This document shows, piece after piece, positions 28,908 through 36,954 of a stretch of 64,000 bases of DNA; the first letter of the stretch is position 1, and every line of letters starts with the position of its first letter. This DNA comes from Methanobacteriota archaeon (lineage in GTDB: Archaea; Undinarchaeota; Undinarchaeia; Undinarchaeales; Undinarchaeaceae): assembly GCA_002687935.1 (NCBI GenBank), contig NZBN01000006.1:15790-79789 (forward strand). Reading direction: 5' to 3'. The notes under the pieces are model-generated. The model saw only the letters and a program-made list of their open reading frames with translations. It did not search any database and was not told where the DNA came from. Both the position numbers and the translations under genes were made by a program.

Positions 28908-30371
28908 CTACAAAGTTCTCAAAAACTCGGAAATAACATGGACTCCTGCCCCAGTTCCCCCAAGCCCGAAATATGGCTTCGGTTCCGTCGTCCAGGCAGT
29001 CCCTGCAATATCAAGATGAACCCACTTACTTTCTCCAACAAAAGCCTCAAGGAAGGCCGCAGCACTCAGAGAACCTGCTTCACCCTTTCCTGAACCAATA
29101 TTTTTAACATCTGCAATTTTACTTTTCACCATTTCTCTATAATCCTCATGAATCGGCATCTGCCAGACCTTATCCCCTGTTCGTTCTCCAGCCTTTTTCA
29201 TTGTATCCATATGTTTCTGAGAGTTTCCAACCATTCCACTGTAAGTTGAGCCAAGCGCAACAACAACCGCTCCAGTCAAAGTTGCAATATCTATAATTAT
29301 TTCTGATTTCATCTCAGCTGCATATCCTAAAGCGTCAGAAAGAACAATACGTCCTTCAGCATCAGTATTAAGAACTTCAATTGTTTTCTTATTATAAGAT
29401 TTTATGATATCTCCCGGTAAATAAGCAGAAGCACTCGGTCGGTTCTCAGCACAGGCCATCAATCCAATAAGATTTCTCTTCAAACCACTCTTGGCAGCAA
29501 TTCTTATTATCCCAAGAATTGCAGCCGCTCCTGACATATCAAATTTCATTTCATCCAGAGCTCTCGACGGCTTTATTGAGATTCCACCCGTATCAAATGT
29601 TATTCCCTTTCCCACCAAAATAACAGGTTTCTCTCCCTTCTTTCCTCCATTATAATCAAGCTGAATCAGTCGCGGTTCATTGACACTACCTCTACCAACT
29701 GCCAAAATTCCATTCATTCCCTTCTTCTCAAGTTCTTTCTTTCCTAAAACAGAAACCTTTAATTTCAGTTCTTTTCCCATTCTCTGAGCTTCGCTTGCAA
29801 GATATGCAGGCGTAACAACTGCAGGCGGAAAATTCTGAAGCTGCCGAGTATAATTTATTGACTCAGCTACAAGAAGACCATAATCAACACTATTCTTATC
29901 TCCAGAAAGTATAGAAACCGCTAAGCTCTTCTCAATATCTTCTTTTGTAACATAATCATCAAAAACATAGTCTGCAAGAACACAGGCCTCGGCGAGAGCA
30001 TGCGAAACATCACTCAATTTCTCCTTGCACGAGGGTATGGAGATTGCAAGAGATTCTGCTTTCAAAGCCTTCGCAGATTTGACAGCTAGTCCTCCATAAT
30101 TTCTCACATGGTCAAGTTCAAACTCTTCCTTCTTTCCGACTCCTATCAGAAGGAGACTCTCAGCTGCAATCTTTCCATAAGTCTGAAACACATAAGTCTC
30201 TCCACGCTTACCTGAAAACTTTTTAAGCTTAATTATCTTTGAAATGGTGCTTCCTAAACTACTGTCAATTTTCTGCAATTCTTTTGGAAGACCTACACCT
30301 TCAAAAACAGCAAATGTAAGAACTTCAGCCTTTGCCTTTCCCAGAATTTCTCCTGCAACTTTGAGCTTCAT
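28908..30371 (-). CDS. pepA: Leucyl aminopeptidase (M17)
   Basis: VGKGITFDTGG, MKFDMSGAA, NTDAEGRIVLSD, DIATLTGA and WVHLDIAGT. Confidence 0.97.
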   Translation of the reverse strand: MKLKVAGEILGKAKAEVLTFAVFEGVGLPKELQKIDSSLGSTISKIIKLKKFSGKRGETYVFQTYGKIAAESLLLIGVGKKEEFELDHVRNYGGLAVKSAKALKAESLAISIPSCKEKLSDVSHALAEACVLADYVFDDYVTKEDIEKSLAVSILSGDKNSVDYGLLVAESINYTRQLQNFPPAVVTPAYLASEAQRMGKELKLKVSVLGKKELEKKGMNGILAVGRGSVNEPRLIQLDYNGGKKGEKPVILVGKGITFDTGGISIKPSRALDEMKFDMSGAAAILGIIRIAAKSGLKRNLIGLMACAENRPSASAYLPGDIIKSYNKKTIEVLNTDAEGRIVLSDALGYAAEMKSEIIIDIATLTGAVVVALGSTYSGMVGNSQKHMDTMKKAGERTGDKVWQMPIHEDYREMVKSKIADVKNIGSGKGEAGSLSAAAFLEAFVGESKWVHLDIAGTAWTTEPKPYFGLGGTGAGVHVISEFLRTL

Positions 30372-30394
30372 AAATCCAAATATGGCTCAGCCCT

Positions 30395-31147
30395 TTATAT
30401 CTTTTTCAACCACTCGCCAAAGTCAATTATTCCATGCTCAAATCCCTCAATTGCAATCGGTGTTATTGAAATTTTTCTCTCATCATGTAAAGTATAAATA
30501 TCTGTTCCTGGCTCTTCCGTCGGTTCTATTACCCCCCCAATAACATAAACACTGTCCTCAACTTCTTTCAAGAGTGGAGTAACATATTCTTCCCCAAGCC
30601 TCGTAACTTCAATTCCCTTCGGTTCTCCAATCGGAACATTAACATTAAGCATTTTAACATCTCCTGGCAGTCCCTTTTCAATAATCCCAGAAACGAGCTT
30701 CTTCACAATTTTCTGAGCTTCCTCAAATAAATGATTCCCCTCCATATTATGCGCTTCCTCCGGTGTCGCTTCAATACTCACTGCAATCGAAGGAACTCCC
30801 AAATTCGCCGCTTCAAACGCGGCGCCACAGGTCCCTGAACGCATCAATGCATGTATCCCCAAATTCGCACCAATATTTATTCCTGAAACCACAAGATCAA
30901 CATCTTTCACAAGCTTCGTCATTCCTATAAAAACACAGTCTACTGGCACACCGTCTACAGAAAAATGATTATCATCTTTCTTATGGACTCTGACAGGACT
31001 TCCAAGTGTAAATCCTCTCCCTGTAGCACTCTTCTGGCTCGAAGGCGCAACAACAACAACCTCTCCGAGCTCTGACATAGCCTCTTCAAGTGCCTTAATT
31101 CCCGGCGCATCTATCCCGTCATCATTTGTAACCAATATTTTCTTCAT
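30395..31147 (-). CDS. surE: 5'/3'-nucleotidase SurE
   Basis: ILVTNDDGI, VVAPSSQKSATG, VVSGINIGANLG and SGTCGAA; start placed at ATG 31147. Confidence 0.96.
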   Translation of the reverse strand: MKKILVTNDDGIDAPGIKALEEAMSELGEVVVVAPSSQKSATGRGFTLGSPVRVHKKDDNHFSVDGVPVDCVFIGMTKLVKDVDLVVSGINIGANLGIHALMRSGTCGAAFEAANLGVPSIAVSIEATPEEAHNMEGNHLFEEAQKIVKKLVSGIIEKGLPGDVKMLNVNVPIGEPKGIEVTRLGEEYVTPLLKEVEDSVYVIGGVIEPTEEPGTDIYTLHDERKISITPIAIEGFEHGIIDFGEWLKKI

Positions 31148-31182
31148 AATCGACCTAGTTTCCGCTTCTATTAACACTTTGC

Positions 31183-31255
31183 TCTCACATCTTTGTGAGG
31201 ATTAAACGACCTTTCCTCAGAAAAGTCGGTCGATTCAGCCTCAGCATAGCGGTTT
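31183..31255. repeat. ~72-bp dispersed repeat, copy A
   Basis: TCTCACA-tctt-TGTGAG...TTAA...CGACCTTTCC...AAAGTC.GT...TTCA...CAGCATAGCG.TTT; aligns by eye with 34127-34198. Confidence 0.75.
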
Positions 31256-31801
31256 GCAGAGAAAATCATCAAAAACCTATAAATCGAAAACCAATAGCCT
31301 GCGCCCATCTCTCACCTTTCACCCTTCTCCTCAAATTTCAGCCATTTCCTCAAGCTTCCTCTCACATTTCCAATTTCCTATATTATTCTCCATATCTCAC
31401 TACCTAAAAATCCAAAAACATCAATCTATGTCTCACATTTACACCTTTTACACCTATATTTCCTCCTCACAGCTCACACAGACAGCAGATCCATTCTCAA
31501 AACACTCAAAATCTCCAAACATCAAAATAAAAGCGAAAAAACATCTCTCACATTCGAGACAATTCCCTTGGAGGGCCCACCTCTAAAAACGCCTCAAAGC
31601 TCCTGAAAATCCGGCTCTCTAGAAGTTTCCTTCAAATTCCAATAAAAATCTACAATTTTACACGAAATCCCTCAAAATTATCCGTCATATATGTAAACAG
31701 GACATAAGCTACCGATTTACTTAAAATATTAATACGTCACCTTACATGTCACCTTACATAATATTCCTAATATATTTATACTATAAACCGCTATGCTTAA
31801 G

Positions 31802-32408
31802 CATGGGAATATTCGACTTCATCAAGCCAAAAAAGAAGAAATCCGTAAAGAAAGCGTCAAGTAAAGGGAAGACCCGTAAACCCACGGGTCAGAAGCGTCT
31901 CCAGACAAAGGCGACACAAAACTCCCTACAGACTCACCAGATACCGAAAAAAAGAGCAAATATAGTCGTAATCGACCCAAAAATAGAAGCAAAAACCGAA
32001 ATAGAAGACCCACTTATCTCAATTTCTCGGCAACTCACAAAAATCCAGGACGCTCTCGAAAAAAGCCACACCACTATACAAACCGGCATGCAGAGCCTCA
32101 GAGACGATCATCACACAATCATAGAACGGCAGGTTACGCCCGATAATGTGGCAGAAGCTTTCGAAAACCACAAGCGAGAACTCGAAACTGAGAAAACAAA
32201 CATAGAAACTGAGCTCGATATACTCGAAATTGATCAGAAAATACTTGATTCTCTCAAGGAAAAAAAGCTCCGCAGCATAACGGTTTCTGAAGAATTAAAC
32301 CTCTCCCGGCAGTACACGGCCTCAAGACTCTCTCACTTAATAGATTCAGGCTTTGTAAAGCGCACGAAGCGCGGCAGAAGTGTATACTACTCGCTAATTA
32401 CTTCGTAA
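31802..32408 (+). CDS. Protein with amphipathic N-terminus, basic linker, coiled coil and C-terminal winged HTH
   Basis: MGIFDFIK..., heptad region, then DQKILDSLKEKKLRSITVSEELNLSRQYTASRLSHLIDSGFVKRTKRGRSVYY (ArsR/MarR-like wHTH). Start placed at ATG 31802 after TATA-like 31771-31780. Confidence 0.8.
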
Positions 32409-32445
32409 AATCTTCTAAAAACAAGGCTAAGCCTCACAAATAGGC

Positions 32446-32559
32446 CTAGACTCCCATCTTACGCTTTCTGTGGGCTCTCTTCCTTCGTCTAATCTTCTTT
32501 TTGACCCACTTCCAGCGCTGCCTACCCTTTTTCTTCCATTTTCTTGGCTTGCTCTTCAT
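32446..32559 (-). CDS. rpl41e: Ribosomal protein eL41 (L41e, also called eS32); absent from the ORF track
   Basis: Manual translation [37 protein letters not shown] matches the archaeal pattern [14 protein letters not shown]; GGAGAG SD upstream. Confidence 0.9.
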   Translation of the reverse strand: MKSKPRKWKKKGRQRWKWVKKKIRRRKRAHRKRKMGV

Positions 32560-32685
32560 AGATGCTCTCCTATCCTTATGCTCGCTTATATCTTTTTGTA
32601 TTTTTCAAATCTTCCATATAATATACCTTCAAAACATACTATTTAATCCACATTTTTCAAACAGTATCTTCTCAGAACCCTAAAA

Positions 32686-33198
32686 TTATCTCTCACGTTT
32701 TCCTTCCTCAACTATGGCGCTTGCTCTCGCTTTTGCGGTTTCAACAATACTCTCATACTCTCTCGCAAGATGCCCAAAGAACTTTGAAAACTGAGTACTT
32801 GGCCTTATAATATTTTGGTAATGCTTCTGCGTCGATTTGGAGTGATGGAAGCGCCGCCTCTCGGTTTTCACCATTCCGACTCGCCTCAACCTTGGTAATA
32901 TCACATTATAAAATGTCGCCTTCGAAAAATTATTATCCCTTAGAAATGCGCCGACCTGCTCACCCTCTAACTCAAGCTCTTCAAGAAGAAGCGCCATAAA
33001 TGCTTTGGAAACTTCATAATATTTCGCTTGATACTGGTCTGGAAAAACAATCTGCAATATCTGCTCCATCTCAAGCCGGACATTCTGACCGTACTTCCAC
33101 TGATCTCGGAGCTTTCTAATGTCAGACAGCCAGAGAGCTTCCTTACTTGGTATTCCCCGCGAAGCAGGCTGCATACCACTATGATGTTTTTCTGCCAT
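32686..33198 (-). CDS. Conserved archaeal winged-helix-like protein
   Basis: NNFSKATFYNVILPRLRRVGMVKTERR reads as a recognition helix plus wing; GGAGG SD. Confidence 0.7.
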   Translation of the reverse strand: MAEKHHSGMQPASRGIPSKEALWLSDIRKLRDQWKYGQNVRLEMEQILQIVFPDQYQAKYYEVSKAFMALLLEELELEGEQVGAFLRDNNFSKATFYNVILPRLRRVGMVKTERRRFHHSKSTQKHYQNIIRPSTQFSKFFGHLAREYESIVETAKARASAIVEEGKRER

Positions 33199-33396
33199 AG
33201 TTCCTCCTAATGCCTTGGACTATTTAACTTTAACCAAATTCGGCTTCTAAAAAACCAGCGGTCTATTATAATGGTGTGCTGCTGGAAATCTCAGTGCTGG
33301 AGGCTTGCCCAGGCGCTTGAAGTTCCAAAAAAGCGCCTAAAACAGAGTTTTTAACAAAAATATAGGGCTCCCAGACCCAATAAAGCGAAAAAATCT

Positions 33397-33417
33397 ATAA
33401 CACCATAATGGTGTTAT
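33397..33417. promoter_or_regulatory. 21-bp palindrome ATAACACCAT-A-ATGGTGTTAT (operator-like)
   Basis: Perfect 10-bp arms with a 1-bp spacer; half-site ATAATGGTGT recurs near 33268. Confidence 0.55.
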
Positions 33418-33767
33418 TCTGCTTCTCCTTCAGAACCTTCAACAACACTCTCTACTGGAAGCATTCTCTTCGGAATTCTCCTAGTCAGCAGTATCTCAAA
33501 CTCATCAGCCAGGTCCTTACCGTGATCTGTCAGCTCAACAAACTTAGTCCTTCCCTCTTTATTAAAGGTGACTAAGCCGAGCTCCTCCATCTTCATAAGA
33601 AGTTTTACAGTGTGAGCATAGGTGCAGTCTATCTCTTTTGCGAGCGCAAGAGCATAAGGCTTCTCACCCGAGCCAATACTGACAAGAAGCCTTGCCGGCT
33701 TCGGCCGCAGAAAAAGATTCTCCAGCGTCGCTTGATGCTGGTTTTCCTCGAGTGTTTCTGTTCCCAT
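33414..33767 (-). CDS. MarR-like winged-helix transcription regulator
   Basis: LFLRPKPARLLV...YALALAKEIDCTYAHTVKLLMKMEELGLVTFNKEGRTKFVELTDHG. Confidence 0.88.
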   Translation of the reverse strand: MGTETLEENQHQATLENLFLRPKPARLLVSIGSGEKPYALALAKEIDCTYAHTVKLLMKMEELGLVTFNKEGRTKFVELTDHGKDLADEFEILLTRRIPKRMLPVESVVEGSEGEAE

Positions 33768-34126
33768 GTGAGGATTTAAGTTTCGGTTCCTATTATACTT
33801 TATGCATTTTCAGAATATACTTTTCAAACACTATATTAAAGAAATCATAATTAAAAAATAGATTTTCAAATAAAACCTGAGTCCGAGAAACGAAAGTTTC
33901 GGGAAAACCAGTAGCTGTAGAGCAAGTAAAAAACAGCGTGCATATACTTCCTATATACATCGAAAAGCCAAATGTGAGACATAAGTCAAGCAGTTTATGT
34001 GTTGAGTCGAAGAAGCTGGAGAGCTCTGAAGCCCGGCGCAGCGAGAGTCCAGCAAAATCAGAAGCACGAAATGCTTTGTGAGAGAAGAATCGAAAAATAT
34101 AGCTTCCAAAAGCTCTGACAGAGGAA

Positions 34127-34198
34127 TCTCACAAAAATGTGAGACTTAACCCGACCTTTTCCAAGAAAGTCAGTTTTTCAAACGCAGCATAGCGATTT
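34127..34198. repeat. ~72-bp dispersed repeat, copy B
   Basis: TCTCACA-aaaa-TGTGAGA...TTAA...CGACCTTTTCC...AAAGTCAGT...TTCA...CAGCATAGCGATTT; same orientation as copy A. Confidence 0.75.
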
Positions 34199-34215
34199 AA
34201 AATATCATAAAAACT

Positions 34216-34473
34216 CTACTCAGCTTCATAAAGATGCCTCCAAGCCGGCATCTTCCTCAAATGTTGATTGACCACTTCTTGAGCTTCCGTAGTTCCTATA
34301 TCATCCCTACTGACAGCAAAATCTACCATCCCCTTCTTTATTTCCTCAAAACTATTCAAATTTCCGTCTCCATCTGTACAAAAATCACAGTATGGATTGC
34401 CCGCAAAGCCGCCACCGTGGTTCTTTTCGCTATGCATCGGCCTGTTACAAGATTCACAGGGATTTCCTTCCAT
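34216..34473 (-). CDS. Putative zinc-ribbon domain protein
   Basis: CESCNRPM...YCDFCTDGDG...MPAWR pattern of the stand-alone CxxC..CxxC zinc-ribbon family. Confidence 0.8.
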   Translation of the reverse strand: MEGNPCESCNRPMHSEKNHGGGFAGNPYCDFCTDGDGNLNSFEEIKKGMVDFAVSRDDIGTTEAQEVVNQHLRKMPAWRHLYEAE

Positions 34474-34524
34474 GAAACATCATAAACCATTAACATTTAT
34501 ATCACTTCCTCCCTATCATCTTCT

Positions 34525-35796
34525 ATGATTGATATCAGCCTCCTCAGAGACAATCCTGAGCTTTTCAAGGACGACCTCCGCAAGAGAAAAGAACCACAAA
34601 ACATAATCGACGATGTCCTAAAACTCGACAAGGAATGGAGAAATCTTCTTACAGACCGAGACAATCTCAAAGCAGAGAGGAACACGGTAAATCTTGAGAT
34701 AGCGAAGCTCAAACAGGCCAAAAAGCCAGCAGAAAAGGAAATAAAGGCAATGCAAGCTATCGCTTCAAAAATCAAGAAGGCAGATGAAAAAACCGAGAAA
34801 AAACTCACAGAACGTGATGAACTTCTCTACACACTCCCAAATTTAATGCACGATTCCGTCCCCCCTGGAGAAGACGACAAGGACAATGTAGTCATAAAAA
34901 CAATCGGGAAAAAAACTACAATAAAAAAACCCCTAGACCACATAGACCTTGGTTTGAAACACAATCTTTTTGACACAGAAAGAGCCGCAAAAACTTCCGG
35001 GGCAAGATTCTACTTCCTAAAAAACGAAGGCGCCGAACTTGAAATGGCTCTTGCTCAGTACGCAATGAAAACCCTCATAGAAGAGGGTTTTACTCCAATG
35101 ATTCCACCAGTCTTAGTAAGAGAAGAGGTAATGTACGGCGTCGGTATGCTTCCCAAGTCCAGAAATGAGATTTTCAAAATAGAAAATGAAGACCTCTACC
35201 TCGTTCTTACAGCAGAGCACGCCATCGGCGGCTACCTAATGAATGAAAGCTTCGAAAAGACAGAGCTTCCAATTCGTCTCGCTGGTCTTTCAAGTTGCTT
35301 TCGCACAGAAGCGGGAAGCCACGGTCGAGACACAAAAGGAATCTTCAGAGTTCACCAGTTTCAAAAAGTTGAGATGTTTTCATTCACAGAGCCCGAAAAG
35401 TCCTGGAAGGAACACGAAAAACTCCTTGCAGTAGCCGAAAAACTGGTAAAGGACCTCAAAATCCCTTACAGAGTTGTAAACATCTGCACAGGAGATTTGG
35501 GAAATATCGCATCAAAGAAATACGACATAGAAGCATGGCTTCCTGGACAGGGCAAGTACAGAGAAATAATTTCCTGCAGTAATTGCACAGACTACCAGGC
35601 ACGTCGACTCAATATCAAATACAGACCCCAACCCGGAGATAAGGGAATACCTATCCACACCCTTAACAGTACAGCTCTAGCCCTCGGAAGAACAATCGTC
35701 GCAATTCTCGAAAACCACCAGCAAGCAGATGGAACAATAAAAGTTCCAAAAGTTCTTCATCCCTACATGTCAACAAAAGTAATTGGCAAGAAATAA
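34525..35796 (+). CDS. serS: Seryl-tRNA synthetase
   Basis: N-terminal coiled coil, motif 2 FRTEAGSHGRDTKGIFRVHQFQKVE, EIISCSNCTDYQARR and HTLNSTALA. Confidence 0.98.
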   Translation: MIDISLLRDNPELFKDDLRKRKEPQNIIDDVLKLDKEWRNLLTDRDNLKAERNTVNLEIAKLKQAKKPAEKEIKAMQAIASKIKKADEKTEKKLTERDELLYTLPNLMHDSVPPGEDDKDNVVIKTIGKKTTIKKPLDHIDLGLKHNLFDTERAAKTSGARFYFLKNEGAELEMALAQYAMKTLIEEGFTPMIPPVLVREEVMYGVGMLPKSRNEIFKIENEDLYLVLTAEHAIGGYLMNESFEKTELPIRLAGLSSCFRTEAGSHGRDTKGIFRVHQFQKVEMFSFTEPEKSWKEHEKLLAVAEKLVKDLKIPYRVVNICTGDLGNIASKKYDIEAWLPGQGKYREIISCSNCTDYQARRLNIKYRPQPGDKGIPIHTLNSTALALGRTIVAILENHQQADGTIKVPKVLHPYMSTKVIGKK

Positions 35797-36436
35797 AAAT
35801 TCTCCACGTTTGAGCGAAATGAACAATCAGGAAAAATTAGAGCAGATACGGAAAAACATTCTTGAAAACACAAACTTGGCTCTCAGAGAAAGCGCCGCAA
35901 ATCTCGTCTTCGGAAAAGGAAATTCAGATGCTGAAATACTTATAATCGGCGAAGCTCCCGGAGAAAAAGAGGACTTACAAGGAATTCCTTTCGTCGGCAG
36001 AGCCGGAAAAGAGCTCGATAAACTTCTTCACATGATAAATATCTCTCTCGAAGAGGTTTACATCGCTAATATTCTAAAATACAGACCTCCAAAGAACCGA
36101 GATCCGAAGCAAAGCGAAATAGAAGAACATACTCCTTACTTAATAGAACAAATAATGGCAATCCAGCCAAAAGTGATAGTAACTCTCGGCAATTTCGCAA
36201 CAAAATTCGTCCTCGCCGGCTTTGACTCAAATAAAATGAAGGAAATAGAGGGAATCGCAAAAGTCCGAGGAACTCCAGTCAAAATTTCTCTTGGCAACAG
36301 CAAATTCACAGTAATTCCAATCTACCACCCCGCTGCTATACTCTATAGACCTGCCTGGAGAGAACAGCTGGAGAAAGATTTCCAAAAAATTGGACAAGTT
36401 CTCCAGGAAAAAGATAAGTACCGTGGTGAACAATAG
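35783..36436 (+). CDS. udg: Family-4-like uracil-DNA glycosylase lacking the Fe-S cysteines
   Basis: IIGEAPG, PFVGRAG, ANILKYRPPKNRDP, TLGNFA and YHPAAILY; the protein has no Cys. True start may be ATG 35819. Confidence 0.9.
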   Translation: MARNKNSPRLSEMNNQEKLEQIRKNILENTNLALRESAANLVFGKGNSDAEILIIGEAPGEKEDLQGIPFVGRAGKELDKLLHMINISLEEVYIANILKYRPPKNRDPKQSEIEEHTPYLIEQIMAIQPKVIVTLGNFATKFVLAGFDSNKMKEIEGIAKVRGTPVKISLGNSKFTVIPIYHPAAILYRPAWREQLEKDFQKIGQVLQEKDKYRGEQ

Positions 36437-36553
36437 AAATTATGAGTATTGACCTGCTTGCCTACGCAATATTTTCCGGAAAATTAATTCTCTTCGTCAT
36501 ATTTTTCGCCATAGGACTCTCCTTTCTCAAATTATTCAAATAAAAAGAAATTA

Positions 36554-36916
36554 TCATTTCTGCAAGTGCTTCGGATTTTCCTTATGGTGAGTTCTTAAAC
36601 CACCACTAAACTTCTTAGGAATATGCTTTAGTTCATGTATCAAAACATTATCCTGCCTCTCTTTCGAAAGCTTGTCATATCTTTCAGAGAGAACTTCTAT
36701 AACATAACGTGGCGGCATAAAGAGAGCCATCTGCCAAATTTTCGGAAAACTCCAGATTCTAGCCAATATTCTCTCTGATTTTGAGCCACGGCTCCGGAAG
36801 CAATATATTTTGCTTGGATCCACATTTGCAAAGCCCTGCTCCGCGATAAGCTCAACAAGTCGCCTTTTCACATCAGGAGCCGGCTCATACGCAATAACCA
36901 TAAAAGCAATTAGCAA
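36554..36916 (-). CDS. Putative small metallopeptidase (HExxH)
   Basis: ARIWSFPKIWQMAL...YVIEVLSERYDKLS...VLIHELKHIP. Confidence 0.8.
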   Translation of the reverse strand: MLIAFMVIAYEPAPDVKRRLVELIAEQGFANVDPSKIYCFRSRGSKSERILARIWSFPKIWQMALFMPPRYVIEVLSERYDKLSKERQDNVLIHELKHIPKKFSGGLRTHHKENPKHLQK

Positions 36917-36954
36917 TACTGAAATATATAAGTGAGGAATCTATAGTCCTAGCT

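Noticed and set aside
31208-31221. Minus-strand GAGGAAAGGTC resembling the RNase P RNA GAGGAAAGUCC motif
   Set aside because: Imperfect match, no partner P4 strand, and the surrounding sequence is AT-rich and unstructured.
31254-31586. 110-aa plus-strand ORF in the wHTH left flank
   Set aside because: Starts at a non-ATG codon, has S/H/P/K low-complexity composition mirroring the C/A strand skew, and shows no SD or motif.
31183-34198. Integrated mobile element bounded by direct repeats
   Set aside because: No integrase, transposase or Rep gene, no tRNA target, repeats only ~70% identical, and it contains ribosomal protein eL41.
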